DNA of 64,000 nt from an uncultured delta proteobacterium (GTDB taxonomy: Bacteria; Myxococcota; UBA727; VGSZ01). The position numbers and the translations under genes were made by a program. The notes beneath the pieces were generated by a model that saw only the letters and a list, made by a program, of their open reading frames with translations, did no database searches and was not told where the DNA came from. Shown in pieces: positions 8,990 through 18,447 of the stretch. Numbering within the stretch: the stretch's first letter is position 1; the number at the start of each line of letters is the position of its first letter. The DNA lies in assembly GCA_963775425.1 (NCBI GenBank), contig CAVZJB010000011.1, positions 1-64,000 on the forward strand, written 5' to 3'.

Positions 8990-10936
8990 TCACAACGGTT
9001 CGAGCGTCTCCCGGAGCGCCCTGCGCGTTGCGTCTGGCTCCGTGTACCACCGGCGGCCAATCTGGTCGGTGACGCCGATGCGATCGACCTCGTCTGGGTC
9101 GAGCTTTGCTAACGACCTCGCGCCGACTTCCAGCGAGTGACGTTGCCCCGGGTTCAGCGTCTTCTCCGCGGTGGGAAGGCCGTAGTAGTCGCGCGAGAAG
9201 AGAAAGCCAGATCCGTCCTTCTTCAGCAGCGAGAAGGCGACGGAGGGAAGGTAGATCGGGATCGCGTCGTGATTCTCCACGGAGATCACGAGGACGCGCT
9301 CCTTCTCTTGCGGAACGACGTCGCCGGGTACACGTGGAACGGTCATCGAGACGAGACTCGTCGCCTCGATGACGACCTTTGGGAGGGACGTGGATGGCGT
9401 GCTCGCCGTCGTTCCGCGCGTCGGCGTGGTGCGATCGATGCCGACGACGAGGTTCGGCAGGGCAGCGACAAGCTCAGCGATCGATGCGAAGCGCTCGTCC
9501 GGCTTGTGGCGCGTCGCACGGCGAATCACGTCATCGAGCGCGGCACAGGCCTCCTCGGAGAGGAGGTGTCCTCGCGGCACGGGACGTGGGTCGAGCAAGT
9601 CAGGTGTCTGCCGCGTCAGCAAGAACTCAAGGACGCGGCCGAGCGCGTAGATGTCGCTCCGCTCGGTGGCTTGTGAAAGGCCCCCCTGGCTCACTTCCGG
9701 TGCCCGGTAGTTCTCCGTGCCGCCCGCTTCCCTCAGACCGGTCAGCGCCTCGCCTTGTGCGGGCGTCTCCGCGCCACGCTTCGCGAGGCCAAGGTCAGCG
9801 ACGACAACGCGATTTGCTTCTTCGAGAACGAGGAGGTTTCCAGGGCTGATGTCGCGATGGAGAATCGACTGCGCGTGCATCGCGCCGATGCCGGCACATG
9901 CTTCCCGGAAGTAACGCAAGACGCGGGTCGGGCTGTCGCTCGTGAGGGACAGCTCCTTCAGGCTTCCGTGTGCACGGTCCATCACGAGGAACGCGCACTC
10001 TGGCAGGTCCTCGCCGCGGAGCGTCCAGTCCAGCTCCGCGTCGTGAATTCCGACGATGTACGCGTCGCCTTTGAGCAACGTGAGCAGCTCAACCTCTCTG
10101 CGAAAGCGCTCACGCGCCTTCGGGTCAGCTTGAAACGAGAGCTTGATCGCGCGCGGGATTGCGTGCTTCTCGTCGATCGCGCGTGCTTCCCACACTTCCC
10201 CTTGGCCGCCGCGGTTCAGAGGGCGAACCAGCCGCCATTGGCGGAGCTCGTCATCGGGATTGAAGACGTATTCGGGATATCGCTTCTTCTTCGCCTTCTT
10301 CTTTGGCGGTGGGCTCTGCGACGCGGGCTGCGGCTCGACGCGCGTCGGAAAAGAGGCCTCCGGCTCTCCTCGCGTAGAGCGCAGCCGGAATCCATCGCGC
10401 GTCAGGTGCGCGCGCGTTGTCGGCCAAGGACCCATCACGTGCTGCACGTCGAGGACGCCGGCGGCCTCCAGGCCTGCGAGCGCGGTGGCGAAGAGGCCCA
10501 CGTCGTCACCGACGAGCTCCTTGAGGTCCTTCTCTTCGTATTCCTGTTTCGCCTCCTTGAACGCGGCAAGGATGTCGTGCCGCTTCTTGTTCACCGCGAT
10601 TCGGCTGTCGACGCTGAGGACGCTCTCAAAACGAAGGACCCCCGCGGGCTTGATCATCCCCGAGAGTCCGCCCGCCATCGCGTAGTCGCTGTGCTCGAGC
10701 TCATCGAGCGCGACACGCAGTTCCTCCTCGTCGAGCGACGGGAGTGCAGCCACCAACTGCGGCTGCTGCACGAGATTTCCGTGCCCCGCCCGATACGCGA
10801 CATAGAGCGCGCCGAGCACGCCGAAGGTCTTGGCGTCGAAGTCGTTCACCCCTTGATCGATGAACGTCTGCGGCGGTGGTGCCCCGCGCATCGCCTCGAC
10901 CAATTCGTCGTCTGGTAGTTCTTCGCGGTGCGCCAT
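8990..10936 (-). CDS. Hanks-type Ser/Thr kinase with N-terminal wHTH-like region and C-terminal beta domain
   Basis: RGGQGEV, AIK, HRDISPGN, DLGLAK, GTENYRAPE, SDIYALG. Confidence 0.92.
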   Translation of the reverse strand: MAHREELPDDELVEAMRGAPPPQTFIDQGVNDFDAKTFGVLGALYVAYRAGHGNLVQQPQLVAALPSLDEEELRVALDELEHSDYAMAGGLSGMIKPAGVLRFESVLSVDSRIAVNKKRHDILAAFKEAKQEYEEKDLKELVGDDVGLFATALAGLEAAGVLDVQHVMGPWPTTRAHLTRDGFRLRSTRGEPEASFPTRVEPQPASQSPPPKKKAKKKRYPEYVFNPDDELRQWRLVRPLNRGGQGEVWEARAIDEKHAIPRAIKLSFQADPKARERFRREVELLTLLKGDAYIVGIHDAELDWTLRGEDLPECAFLVMDRAHGSLKELSLTSDSPTRVLRYFREACAGIGAMHAQSILHRDISPGNLLVLEEANRVVVADLGLAKRGAETPAQGEALTGLREAGGTENYRAPEVSQGGLSQATERSDIYALGRVLEFLLTRQTPDLLDPRPVPRGHLLSEEACAALDDVIRRATRHKPDERFASIAELVAALPNLVVGIDRTTPTRGTTASTPSTSLPKVVIEATSLVSMTVPRVPGDVVPQEKERVLVISVENHDAIPIYLPSVAFSLLKKDGSGFLFSRDYYGLPTAEKTLNPGQRHSLEVGARSLAKLDPDEVDRIGVTDQIGRRWYTEPDATRRALRETLEPL

Positions 10937-10987
10937 GCACGACTCCTTTCTCTCTCTCGTGGTTCACGCGCTCAGCGGAGCACGCTG

Positions 10988-12235
10988 TCACGTGCCTTCG
11001 CGTCCCGTCACCGTCGGCGTCGCCCTCGCCTCGGCGGGGCGCGCCGGCGGCGTCCCCGAGCCTGAGGCGGAGCCCTCACGCTCGCTGCTGGCGGGGGACC
11101 CGGACGGCGTCGCTTGTTTCCAAGCAGCTCGTGTCGAGTCGGTGAGAGCTGCGGCAGCGAGGCGTTCCTTGATCGGTTGATCTTGAAACGTCGCGGCCGG
11201 CTCGAAGGGCGCGGATCCCGGCGCAAAGCCGGCAAAGCTGTGCGGAGGCGTGGGCAGCACATCCTCGCGCCATTGCTTGAGCGCGGGCTGCTTCAGGAGG
11301 CTGGGCTGCTCTCTGCGCATCGCCCAGACGACACGAAGGAGATGGCCGAGCTCCTCGATGACGTTGGTCGCGGCTTGGAACAGGCCGTCCATGGTGGTGG
11401 CCGTCTTCTCATCGAGTACCGGGGTCCCGTCAGGCGCGCGCTGGAAGCTCTGCAAGTCGCTCAGCGCCGGCTCGGCCGGCATGCGGTGGATAACGTCTTC
11501 AACGACGACGTCGCCATCGCGGTCGAGGTCGTCCGCGCACTTGATGCCGGTGATGTCCACGAGGCCCGGGCGATGGATGAACGTGTTTCTCAGGTCGCTG
11601 AACCAGCGATGCCAACCTGTCGGCCCTGCGCTGGTGATGACCCGCGCGACGTTCTCGAGGATCTCGCGCTGCAGCCGCGCGTCGTTCGACTGGCCTTTCG
11701 GCCAGCGATCCTCCTCGAGGACCATCGGCATGTCGGCCTTCTTGATGTCCTTCGGCAGCGCGGCGATCCCGACGACGGCTGCCGCTGCGCAGTCGAAGGC
11801 CGTGCCGAGTGCGCGCACAAGCGCTTTGATGTGGGCCTTGGCGGCGAGCAGCGGGAGATGATCTTCGAAGTGTCGCTCGTGCGAGTACGTGGTCGCCTTC
11901 AAGCCAACATGGCGCTTCGCCTCATCTTCGTGCGCCTGATGCAGCTCCAAGAGGTGGTAACGCGCCTCGATGAGCGACCACGGAACGCATTGCACGGCGC
12001 TATAGAGGTGATCGGCGATCGAGGCGCGACGCGGGTGCGTGAGCTCGTCGTCAACGGGCCACCAAGGAAAGCCCCATGGCGCTTCCTTTGCCAAGTCCAG
12101 GCGCAGGTCGACGTAGAGGCAGCGCCAGCTCGGCACGACAACGTCCATCGCCTCGAGCAATTTTCGATCGGGTGAGCGATCACTCGGCGCAGCGTCGTAG
12201 GCGTTGCCGATCCGTCGAGCATCCTCACTGCGCAT
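10988..12235 (-). CDS. HEPN-like domain protein (Cthe_2314-like)
   Basis: Helical protein with ALGTAFDC and WFSDLRNTFIHR (Rx4H). Confidence 0.6.
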   Translation of the reverse strand: MRSEDARRIGNAYDAAPSDRSPDRKLLEAMDVVVPSWRCLYVDLRLDLAKEAPWGFPWWPVDDELTHPRRASIADHLYSAVQCVPWSLIEARYHLLELHQAHEDEAKRHVGLKATTYSHERHFEDHLPLLAAKAHIKALVRALGTAFDCAAAAVVGIAALPKDIKKADMPMVLEEDRWPKGQSNDARLQREILENVARVITSAGPTGWHRWFSDLRNTFIHRPGLVDITGIKCADDLDRDGDVVVEDVIHRMPAEPALSDLQSFQRAPDGTPVLDEKTATTMDGLFQAATNVIEELGHLLRVVWAMRREQPSLLKQPALKQWREDVLPTPPHSFAGFAPGSAPFEPAATFQDQPIKERLAAAALTDSTRAAWKQATPSGSPASSEREGSASGSGTPPARPAEARATPTVTGREGT

Positions 12236-12252
12236 GTAAATCTCCCGCGTCG

Positions 12253-13124
12253 TCAGTCGGCTTCGTTCGTGTTGTTCGGCCGTGTCCTCTTCGCGGACGC
12301 TGAGCTCGCGGCGTTTGAGAGACGCGCAGCAAGCTCGTCGACGGGGATCAACTTCGCGATGGTCATGCGGTGCATGCGCAGCGCCACGGGGACGGCCAGC
12401 CCGTACTTCTTGCCGAGCAGCGCACGCCGCGGTCGATCATTCTGTGGAGTCGGCGCGCGCGGGCCGACGTAGTCTTCGAGCGTGAACGCGTCTCCCTTCG
12501 CGACCTCGTGCGGCGGATCGACGACGCCCGGCGCAAACGCAGCGACGAGCGCGGACTTACGGAATTGATCAGCGCGGTGCGCTTGCGGGTTGATGAGCAA
12601 ACGCGCGTTGCCCTCGTGCGCGGCGACGAGAGCATTCAGCTGCGGGTGATCGAAACACTCGGTTCTGTCGAAAAAGTAGCAAGGCTGACCGACGCGACGC
12701 CCGTCGGACTTGGTCACCGGGACCGTCACGCTCCCGAACCAGGTCGCGACGATTTCATCGACGATGTCTTTGCCGAAGGGACCGATGGCTTCCATCCAGA
12801 GGACGCCGAAGCCGCCGGTGCTGCTGGCGCGCACCTGCCGCTTCTTGTTGCGGAGCCGCTCCTTGATGGTGCTGCTGTGTTGCTCGATGCGATCGGCTTC
12901 GGCGGTGCCTGTCGTTTTGAGTGCTTGGTCGAATTCACCGTCGTCGTTCTTCGTCGTTACCTCGACCGTGTGTCGCTCCTCGCCCTTTCGACGAGGAGGT
13001 CGGCGGTTCGTTGCTCGTTCGACCTTGGGATGGGCGTGACGGTGAAGCCCATGTCCTCGAACGCGAGCACGGCGGTGTCCTCGACGGCCTTGTGGATCTT
13101 CGCGAGCGCGGCGTTCTTCGTCAT
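12253..13124 (-). pseudogene. Frameshifted PD-(D/E)xK nuclease-like protein (~290 aa restored)
   Basis: ATG 13124 with GGAGG RBS gives MTKNAAL...RTADLLVE. Adding one A at 12986-12988 continues KGEERHTVEVTTK into the listed ORF. Confidence 0.7.
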
Positions 13125-13306
13125 CCGGTGCCCTCCCGTGCGCTACGTCGACGCGCGAGAACGCCTCGACCATCGTGTTTCTTTACACCAGAGCGTAGCC
13201 TGCTCACGCGTTCAGGTCGACCAGATCCGACCAACGTTGGCCGGATCCTGCGCGGGCGTGGCTCGAACCGCTTGTCGACGTGATCTTCGTGGAGACGCGC
13301 GATTAA

Positions 13307-13363
13307 ACCTCACCAAGATCGCTACCTCAGTGTTTTTATGAGGTATGATCCTTTCATGAGGTA
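13307..13363. promoter_or_regulatory. Nested inverted repeats, probable AbiEi operator
   Basis: ACCTCA at 13307 and 13324 mirrored by TGAGGT at 13339 and 13357, in AT-rich DNA just before the antitoxin start. Confidence 0.7.
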
Positions 13364-13366
13364 CGC

Positions 13367-14377
13367 GTGAAGCCCGTTCAGACCGGAGTGGGACGCCGCA
13401 TCGTCGAAGCGTTGCGCGCTGTGTTGCCGCCGGCGGTTGCTGTCGAGCATCAGGTGACGCGCGAGGATGCGACGACGGTGTCGATCGGCTCGCGCAAGGT
13501 TCGGGTCGCATGGGCTGGCGCGGGTGGTCTTCGTCAGGTGCGGCCGTTCATCGAGAGCGACGATCGGCCGGACATCGTGGTCGCGCGTCTGATGTCGGCA
13601 GGCGCGCGCGACGCCCTCTCGAAGGCGCGCGTGGGTTGGCTCGACCAAACTGGTGCGGCGGAGATCGCGATCGGGACCCTGATCGTGTCGCGCACGGGGA
13701 AGGCGCCGCCGAAGGAAGAGCGCAAAGCGACCTGGAGCCCTGCAGTCTTTGCCGTCGCGGAGGCGGTGCTGTGCGGCACCGCCCCGACTCTGTCGGCCAC
13801 GGCGAAGGCGACCGGCTTGTCGTCGGGAAGTTGCACCCATGCGTTGCGAACGCTCGCAGAGATGAAGCTGCTCACAAGCACACAAGCGCGCGGACCGCGC
13901 TCCGCTCGACGTGTGGTCGACCCCGACGACTTCCTCGATGCATACGCGGCGGCGGTCGCTGGCGAGACCGCGAAGCTGTCGCTGGTGGTCGGCGTGACGT
14001 GGCAAAACGCAGTGCCGGGGCTGCGCGTCGAAGGCCCGCGGTGGACCGCCGCCGGCCTTGAGTGGGCGGCGACGGGATTGGTGGCGGCGTCGGTGCTCGC
14101 GCCACTCGTGACGAACGTCGGCAGTGCGGAGGTGTACGTGGATGCAAAGACACCCGCTGAGCTTGACGCGTTCGCAGCCCGCGCGGGCCTCACGCCGATC
14201 GAAGGCGGACGACTGACGCTCAAGCCGTTCCCTACCGTCACAGCGCGCCGGATGGCGATGATCACCGATGACATCCGCGTGGCGCCGTGGCCACGCGTCT
14301 ATGCTGACGTGAAGCTCGTCGGCGTTCGTGGCGAGGAAGCGGCCGAGCATTTGCGGGAGGTGACTCGTGGTGGATGA
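13367..14377 (+). CDS. Type IV toxin-antitoxin antitoxin, AbiEi-like
   Basis: Central wHTH and C-terminal PWPRVYADV...GVRGEEAAEHLRE. Overlaps the downstream nucleotidyltransferase. Confidence 0.8.
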   Translation: MKPVQTGVGRRIVEALRAVLPPAVAVEHQVTREDATTVSIGSRKVRVAWAGAGGLRQVRPFIESDDRPDIVVARLMSAGARDALSKARVGWLDQTGAAEIAIGTLIVSRTGKAPPKEERKATWSPAVFAVAEAVLCGTAPTLSATAKATGLSSGSCTHALRTLAEMKLLTSTQARGPRSARRVVDPDDFLDAYAAAVAGETAKLSLVVGVTWQNAVPGLRVEGPRWTAAGLEWAATGLVAASVLAPLVTNVGSAEVYVDAKTPAELDAFAARAGLTPIEGGRLTLKPFPTVTARRMAMITDDIRVAPWPRVYADVKLVGVRGEEAAEHLREVTRGG

Positions 14378-15200
14378 GCTCGAGAGGTCGCGGGCGGCGC
14401 GCGAGATCGCAGAGGCTGCACTCGTGCGTGTGGTGCACCACTACGGAGGCATTCCGGAGATCGTCGTCCTTGGTGGCCTCGTCCCGGAGCTTCTGTGCAG
14501 CGGGAGCGACTCGATGCACGCGGGCACGACCGACGTCGACGTGCAGGTGAACCTCGAGCTCGAGAGCGGCTCCGTGAACGCCGCTCGCTTGGAGGCCGCA
14601 CTCTTGAAGGCCGGCTTCTCGCCGACGAAGAAGGATGTGTGGCGGTGGGCAACGGTCCATGGCGACAAGCGCATGGTGGTGAAGTTCGAGCTGCTCGCCG
14701 ATGACGACAGTCAGCCCGCCGAGGTCGTGTTCAAGTTCAACGACTGCGCGGAGCTTGGGGCGGTGAACTTGCGCGGCACGGGGTTCGCGTCGCGCGACCT
14801 CGTGGTTCGCAAGATGCGTGGCGAGGTCGACGGCGCAATGCGCGAGGTCGACGTCAACGTCGCGGGGCTCGCCGGCTTTCTGCTCGCGAAGGCAGCGGCG
14901 GCCCGTGCGCGCGGTAAGCGGAAGGATTGGTACGACGTCGCGTTCGTGCTCCTTCACAACAACGCGGGCGGGGTTGAGGCGGCCGCGCGAGCTGTGCTCG
15001 CGAAGTTCAAGGGCGACCTGTCCGCAATGCGGCGGACCCTCGACGAGCTCGAGTCGAACTTCCGCGGCCCGAGCGACCAGGGTGCGGAGGCGTACGCCGA
15101 GCAGATGCTGCTCGACCACCCGGATCGCGACGAGGCGACATTGCGCGCCGATGCCGTACTCGCGGTCGCGTCCTTCCACCGAACGCTCTACGCCATGTGA
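14367..15200 (+). CDS. AbiEii-like nucleotidyltransferase toxin
   Basis: VVLGGLVP, HAGTTDVDV, LAK, KRKDWYD motifs. Confidence 0.8.
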   Translation: MVDELERSRAAREIAEAALVRVVHHYGGIPEIVVLGGLVPELLCSGSDSMHAGTTDVDVQVNLELESGSVNAARLEAALLKAGFSPTKKDVWRWATVHGDKRMVVKFELLADDDSQPAEVVFKFNDCAELGAVNLRGTGFASRDLVVRKMRGEVDGAMREVDVNVAGLAGFLLAKAAAARARGKRKDWYDVAFVLLHNNAGGVEAAARAVLAKFKGDLSAMRRTLDELESNFRGPSDQGAEAYAEQMLLDHPDRDEATLRADAVLAVASFHRTLYAM

Positions 15201-15241
15201 TTGCGCGCTCTGCTGCTGACGTGACGGGCACTGGCGTTTGG

Positions 15242-16168
15242 TCAGTGGGACTTGCGTGTGGCGCGGACGCTGTCCGCAACTCGAAGAACGGTTTCGGCGA
15301 TGACACGGCGTGAGCAGTAGACCTGCGTCTCGGCGCCGAAGACGACAAGCCGGTTGATGCGGTCGACGTGAGGCGCCACGTGTAGTGCGGGCGTCTCGCA
15401 CTGCTCATTGTCGAGACAGCCGACGAAGACGCTGCGCGGGCTCAGCGGAAAGACAGCGTGGAGCTTCCTACCCGCGCTTGCCTCCTTCAGCTCGGTGCCC
15501 TGCGGTGTCACGAGCATCGCTGGGTGGTCGCTCGTCACGTATTCGAATCCAGTCGGCGCGTCGAAGTGGAACCAGCTTGCTTTTACGAGCTTTGGCAAGA
15601 GGTCGCGCACTGGCCGCAGGACGGTATTCAGCAGCGCGGCATCTGGGCTGGTCGGGTTGGCCTCAAGATGGTGCGCGAGCGTGAGAAGCCTGTGTAGAAG
15701 GGGATCTTCGACGTCGCCCGGAGCAACGAGCGGCACGCCGATCGGCGCGAGTGAGGGCGTCGTACGCTCGCGCGTGAGCTGGTACTGCATCGTGCGGCGG
15801 GCGAGGGGCGTACGCGCGATCTGCATCGCGATGAACATCAGCAAGGGAAAGATGTTCGGCTTGGCAGCGATCGGCTGGTCGAGCGCGCGCAAGACGGGCG
15901 CGGCCTCGTCCTCGATCAGCTTCATGAGGGGCTCGATGCGTGGCACCGTCGACGTCGTGTCCGTCTGCTCGTAGAAGTGATGCGCCTTGGCGATACTCTT
16001 GGGGCTGCGCCGGTACACGCGCTTGGCATCGAGATCCGCAACCCACACCTCTTTGTTTGCCTTTGCGGGTCGATCGACAGCGACGAACTTCGCCAAGTAG
16101 AAGCGAGGCGCCCAGTGCTGCTCGGCCTCCGGCGGAGATGCCTGGTTGGTGTGGTTGTCGTCGGCCAT
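15242..16168 (-). CDS. DUF4238-domain protein
   Basis: QHWAPRFYLAKF, HFYE, QIARTP, VTSDHP, FPLSPR. Confidence 0.85.
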   Translation of the reverse strand: MADDNHTNQASPPEAEQHWAPRFYLAKFVAVDRPAKANKEVWVADLDAKRVYRRSPKSIAKAHHFYEQTDTTSTVPRIEPLMKLIEDEAAPVLRALDQPIAAKPNIFPLLMFIAMQIARTPLARRTMQYQLTRERTTPSLAPIGVPLVAPGDVEDPLLHRLLTLAHHLEANPTSPDAALLNTVLRPVRDLLPKLVKASWFHFDAPTGFEYVTSDHPAMLVTPQGTELKEASAGRKLHAVFPLSPRSVFVGCLDNEQCETPALHVAPHVDRINRLVVFGAETQVYCSRRVIAETVLRVADSVRATRKSH

Positions 16169-16242
16169 CGACTCGAACCTCTGACATCGGCGCGGTGGCC
16201 GTTGCATGGAAGAGTACACGGCCACGCCGCGCGCGCGAACCT

Positions 16243-17106
16243 CTAACGCTCGATCGTGTGCTCAAGGAAGCGCTCGGCGGCGGCCGCCTCGCGTTGGCCG
16301 CGGAAGCCGTCGCAGTACGGGCACTCCTCGCGCTTGTCGGTTCGCACCGTCACGCGCGCGAGGTCGCCGCGATAGACGATCACGCGGCGCGTGACTGGCT
16401 GCCCCACGAGCAACATCATGAGCTCCGTGACGCCGAGCGAGGCGACGGTGCCGTTGATGGACACCACGGCGGGGCCGGTGCCGTTGAGCTTGCCCTTCTC
16501 GACGCCGTAGATCTTGTCGCGCGCCGCGCGCAGCGCCGGGTCGACCAGCTCGCGCGCCGCTTGGGCGGAGTCGATCTCGCCGAAGCAGTATGGGCAGCCG
16601 TCGCCGGTGGCGACGATGATGCGCCCGCCGAAGCGGATGCGCCCGTTGTCGTTCTCGGTGTCGGTGGCGAGGTCGATCCAGTTTTTCTCATAGGCGGCGC
16701 ACAGGTGCGTGAGCACAAGGCGCGCGCCGTCGTTGTCGACGCCGGCGAGGGTCCAGTCGGCGCTCTTGATCGCGTCGAACGCGCGCTTCGACTGCAGCGG
16801 CGCGCGGATCGGGTTCACATGCGTCTCGGGGCGGATCCGCTTGATGACGTCGGCGATCACCTCAACCTTGGGACGGCCGACGTCGGCGGGCACCGCGCCC
16901 ACGTAGCGGTTCATGTTCGTGTCGGTGACGTCCTCGTCGTCGATCGGCGTGATGGCGCCGACACCGAGGTAGGCGAGCTCGACGGCGTTGTGCGTGCCGA
17001 GGCCACCGACGCCGGCGAGGACGACGTGGGCGCGGCGGATGCGCTCGAACGCGTCCGCGCCGAAGAGCTGGATGGTTCGATCATCGCGAGTCGTAGCCGT
17101 ATCCAT
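16243..17106 (-). CDS. ThiF/E1-like Ubl-adenylating enzyme (BubD-like)
   Basis: DRTIQLFG, GVGGLG, DDEDVTDTNMNR, GVDNDGAR, two CPYC zinc motifs. Confidence 0.92.
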   Translation of the reverse strand: MDTATTRDDRTIQLFGADAFERIRRAHVVLAGVGGLGTHNAVELAYLGVGAITPIDDEDVTDTNMNRYVGAVPADVGRPKVEVIADVIKRIRPETHVNPIRAPLQSKRAFDAIKSADWTLAGVDNDGARLVLTHLCAAYEKNWIDLATDTENDNGRIRFGGRIIVATGDGCPYCFGEIDSAQAARELVDPALRAARDKIYGVEKGKLNGTGPAVVSINGTVASLGVTELMMLLVGQPVTRRVIVYRGDLARVTVRTDKREECPYCDGFRGQREAAAAERFLEHTIER

Positions 17107-17617
17107 GTCCTTCACCCCATGCGCGTGCGGAGCGGCCCGTGGGCGTGATGACGTCGTCGCCGACGCGCATGCCGACGAGCGTCGCGGGCGCGGTGTTCTT
17201 GTCGCTCCAGGTCAGGGCGTCGTACTCGCCGGGTGCCACGACGACTGCGACGTACGGCCTCTTCGGCAGGCGCCAGAGCACGTGCGGCGCGAATTCGCGC
17301 AAGCCGAGCTCGTCGGACCAGGAGAACGCGCCGCCGCCGTCGAAGGTGTGGCAGTGCACTTCGATGAGCACCGCGCCGAGATCGTGCGCGCGTTTGATCG
17401 CGTACGCGCGCGCGTCGTCGTTCACCTCGATGTGGTAGGCGGTCTGCACCGCATAGTCGGCGGGGGAGAGCAGTTTCTGCTCGATCACCTCCACGGCCGC
17501 GTTCGGCTCATCGAGCCGACCGAACAGGAACGCCGCCTGCTCCACGACGCCGTCGCCTTGGAACAGGTGGCGCATCAGCTGCTCGTGCAGCGCCTTCGCG
17601 ATCGCGAGCGTGTACAT
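17081..17617 (-). CDS. JAB/JAMM metallopeptidase (BubC-like)
   Basis: EQAAFL and EVHCHTFDGGGAFSWSD (HxH...SxxD). ATG overlaps the upstream stop (TGATG). Confidence 0.88.
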   Translation of the reverse strand: MYTLAIAKALHEQLMRHLFQGDGVVEQAAFLFGRLDEPNAAVEVIEQKLLSPADYAVQTAYHIEVNDDARAYAIKRAHDLGAVLIEVHCHTFDGGGAFSWSDELGLREFAPHVLWRLPKRPYVAVVVAPGEYDALTWSDKNTAPATLVGMRVGDDVITPTGRSARAWGEGHGYGYDSR

Positions 17618-18285
17618 CACGCTCCCTCCTGGAAGCGCTTCGCGAAGCTCAGGATCCAGTTGACGAGGTTCGTGCCGCTGGTCGGCGTCGCGCCGGGCTT
17701 CCACGACTCGGGTTGCCACGAGAGCAAGCCCCACTTGCCCGGGAACGGGCACTGCGGCGCGGACGCGGTGAACTTGCGGGGCGCGGTGCCGTTGAAGGTG
17801 ATGGTCGCGGGCACGAAGATGCCGTACGGCTGCGCTCCCGGGTACCCGTTCGGGATCTGGAACGCGATGTCGCACGTCGAGGGCGCCCACTTCTCGGGCA
17901 GCTTCTGGCCGGGGAGCAGCCCCCAGTCCTTGCCGTGCAGCTGCAAGCCCGGGACGACGGCGCGCACGAGCTCGAGCTCCTGCTCGATGCGGTCGCGCCC
18001 GCGCTTGAACTTGACCTTCTTGGCGAAGCCCATGCCGGGCTTGAGCTCGACCGTCTCGCCCGGTGCCAGCGTGCGCTCGTTGTTGTGGGCGTCGATGACG
18101 ATCACGCCCTGCGCGGAATCGAAGCCGCCGAGCGCGGCGATCTGCTCAGTGGTGATCGTCTTCGTCTGCCACGGGTGGAGCTCGCCTTCGACGTTCACGA
18201 AGAACGGCGGCCCCGTATCGTGATCGGGCGGCTTGTTGGGGTTGTCGGGCTTGTTCGGTTCGGCGGTTTGATTTTCCTCGGTCAT
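17617..18285 (-). CDS. Ubiquitin-like (multi-ubiquitin type) domain fused to prokaryotic E2-like domain
   Basis: Beta-grasp-like FFVNVEG...TITTEQIAALGG...LAPGETVEL...KFKRG, then E2-like LPEKW...IAFQIPNGYPGAQP...WGLLSWQP...WKPG...TNL. Confidence 0.8.
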   Translation of the reverse strand: MTEENQTAEPNKPDNPNKPPDHDTGPPFFVNVEGELHPWQTKTITTEQIAALGGFDSAQGVIVIDAHNNERTLAPGETVELKPGMGFAKKVKFKRGRDRIEQELELVRAVVPGLQLHGKDWGLLPGQKLPEKWAPSTCDIAFQIPNGYPGAQPYGIFVPATITFNGTAPRKFTASAPQCPFPGKWGLLSWQPESWKPGATPTSGTNLVNWILSFAKRFQEGA

Positions 18286-18447
18286 CGGTCTCTCTCCTGG
18301 TCGTGCCACTCGTCGTGGCGGTGAATTCAGGACGCACCTCCCCCATCGCGGAGGCGTGCCGTGGCATCCTTCGCGCGAAGACAGACCCGTCCCATCGATG
18401 GCGGCCTTGGCAGCCGCCCACTAGCCATAGTATCCACTCTGGAGCGT

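Noticed and set aside
16243-17617. E1 and JAB as CBASS Cap2/Cap3 or as thiamine/Moco biosynthesis
   Set aside because: No CD-NTase motif gene is adjacent (the nearby NTase is AbiEii-like and paired with its antitoxin), and there are no ThiS/MoaD-GG or biosynthetic neighbours.
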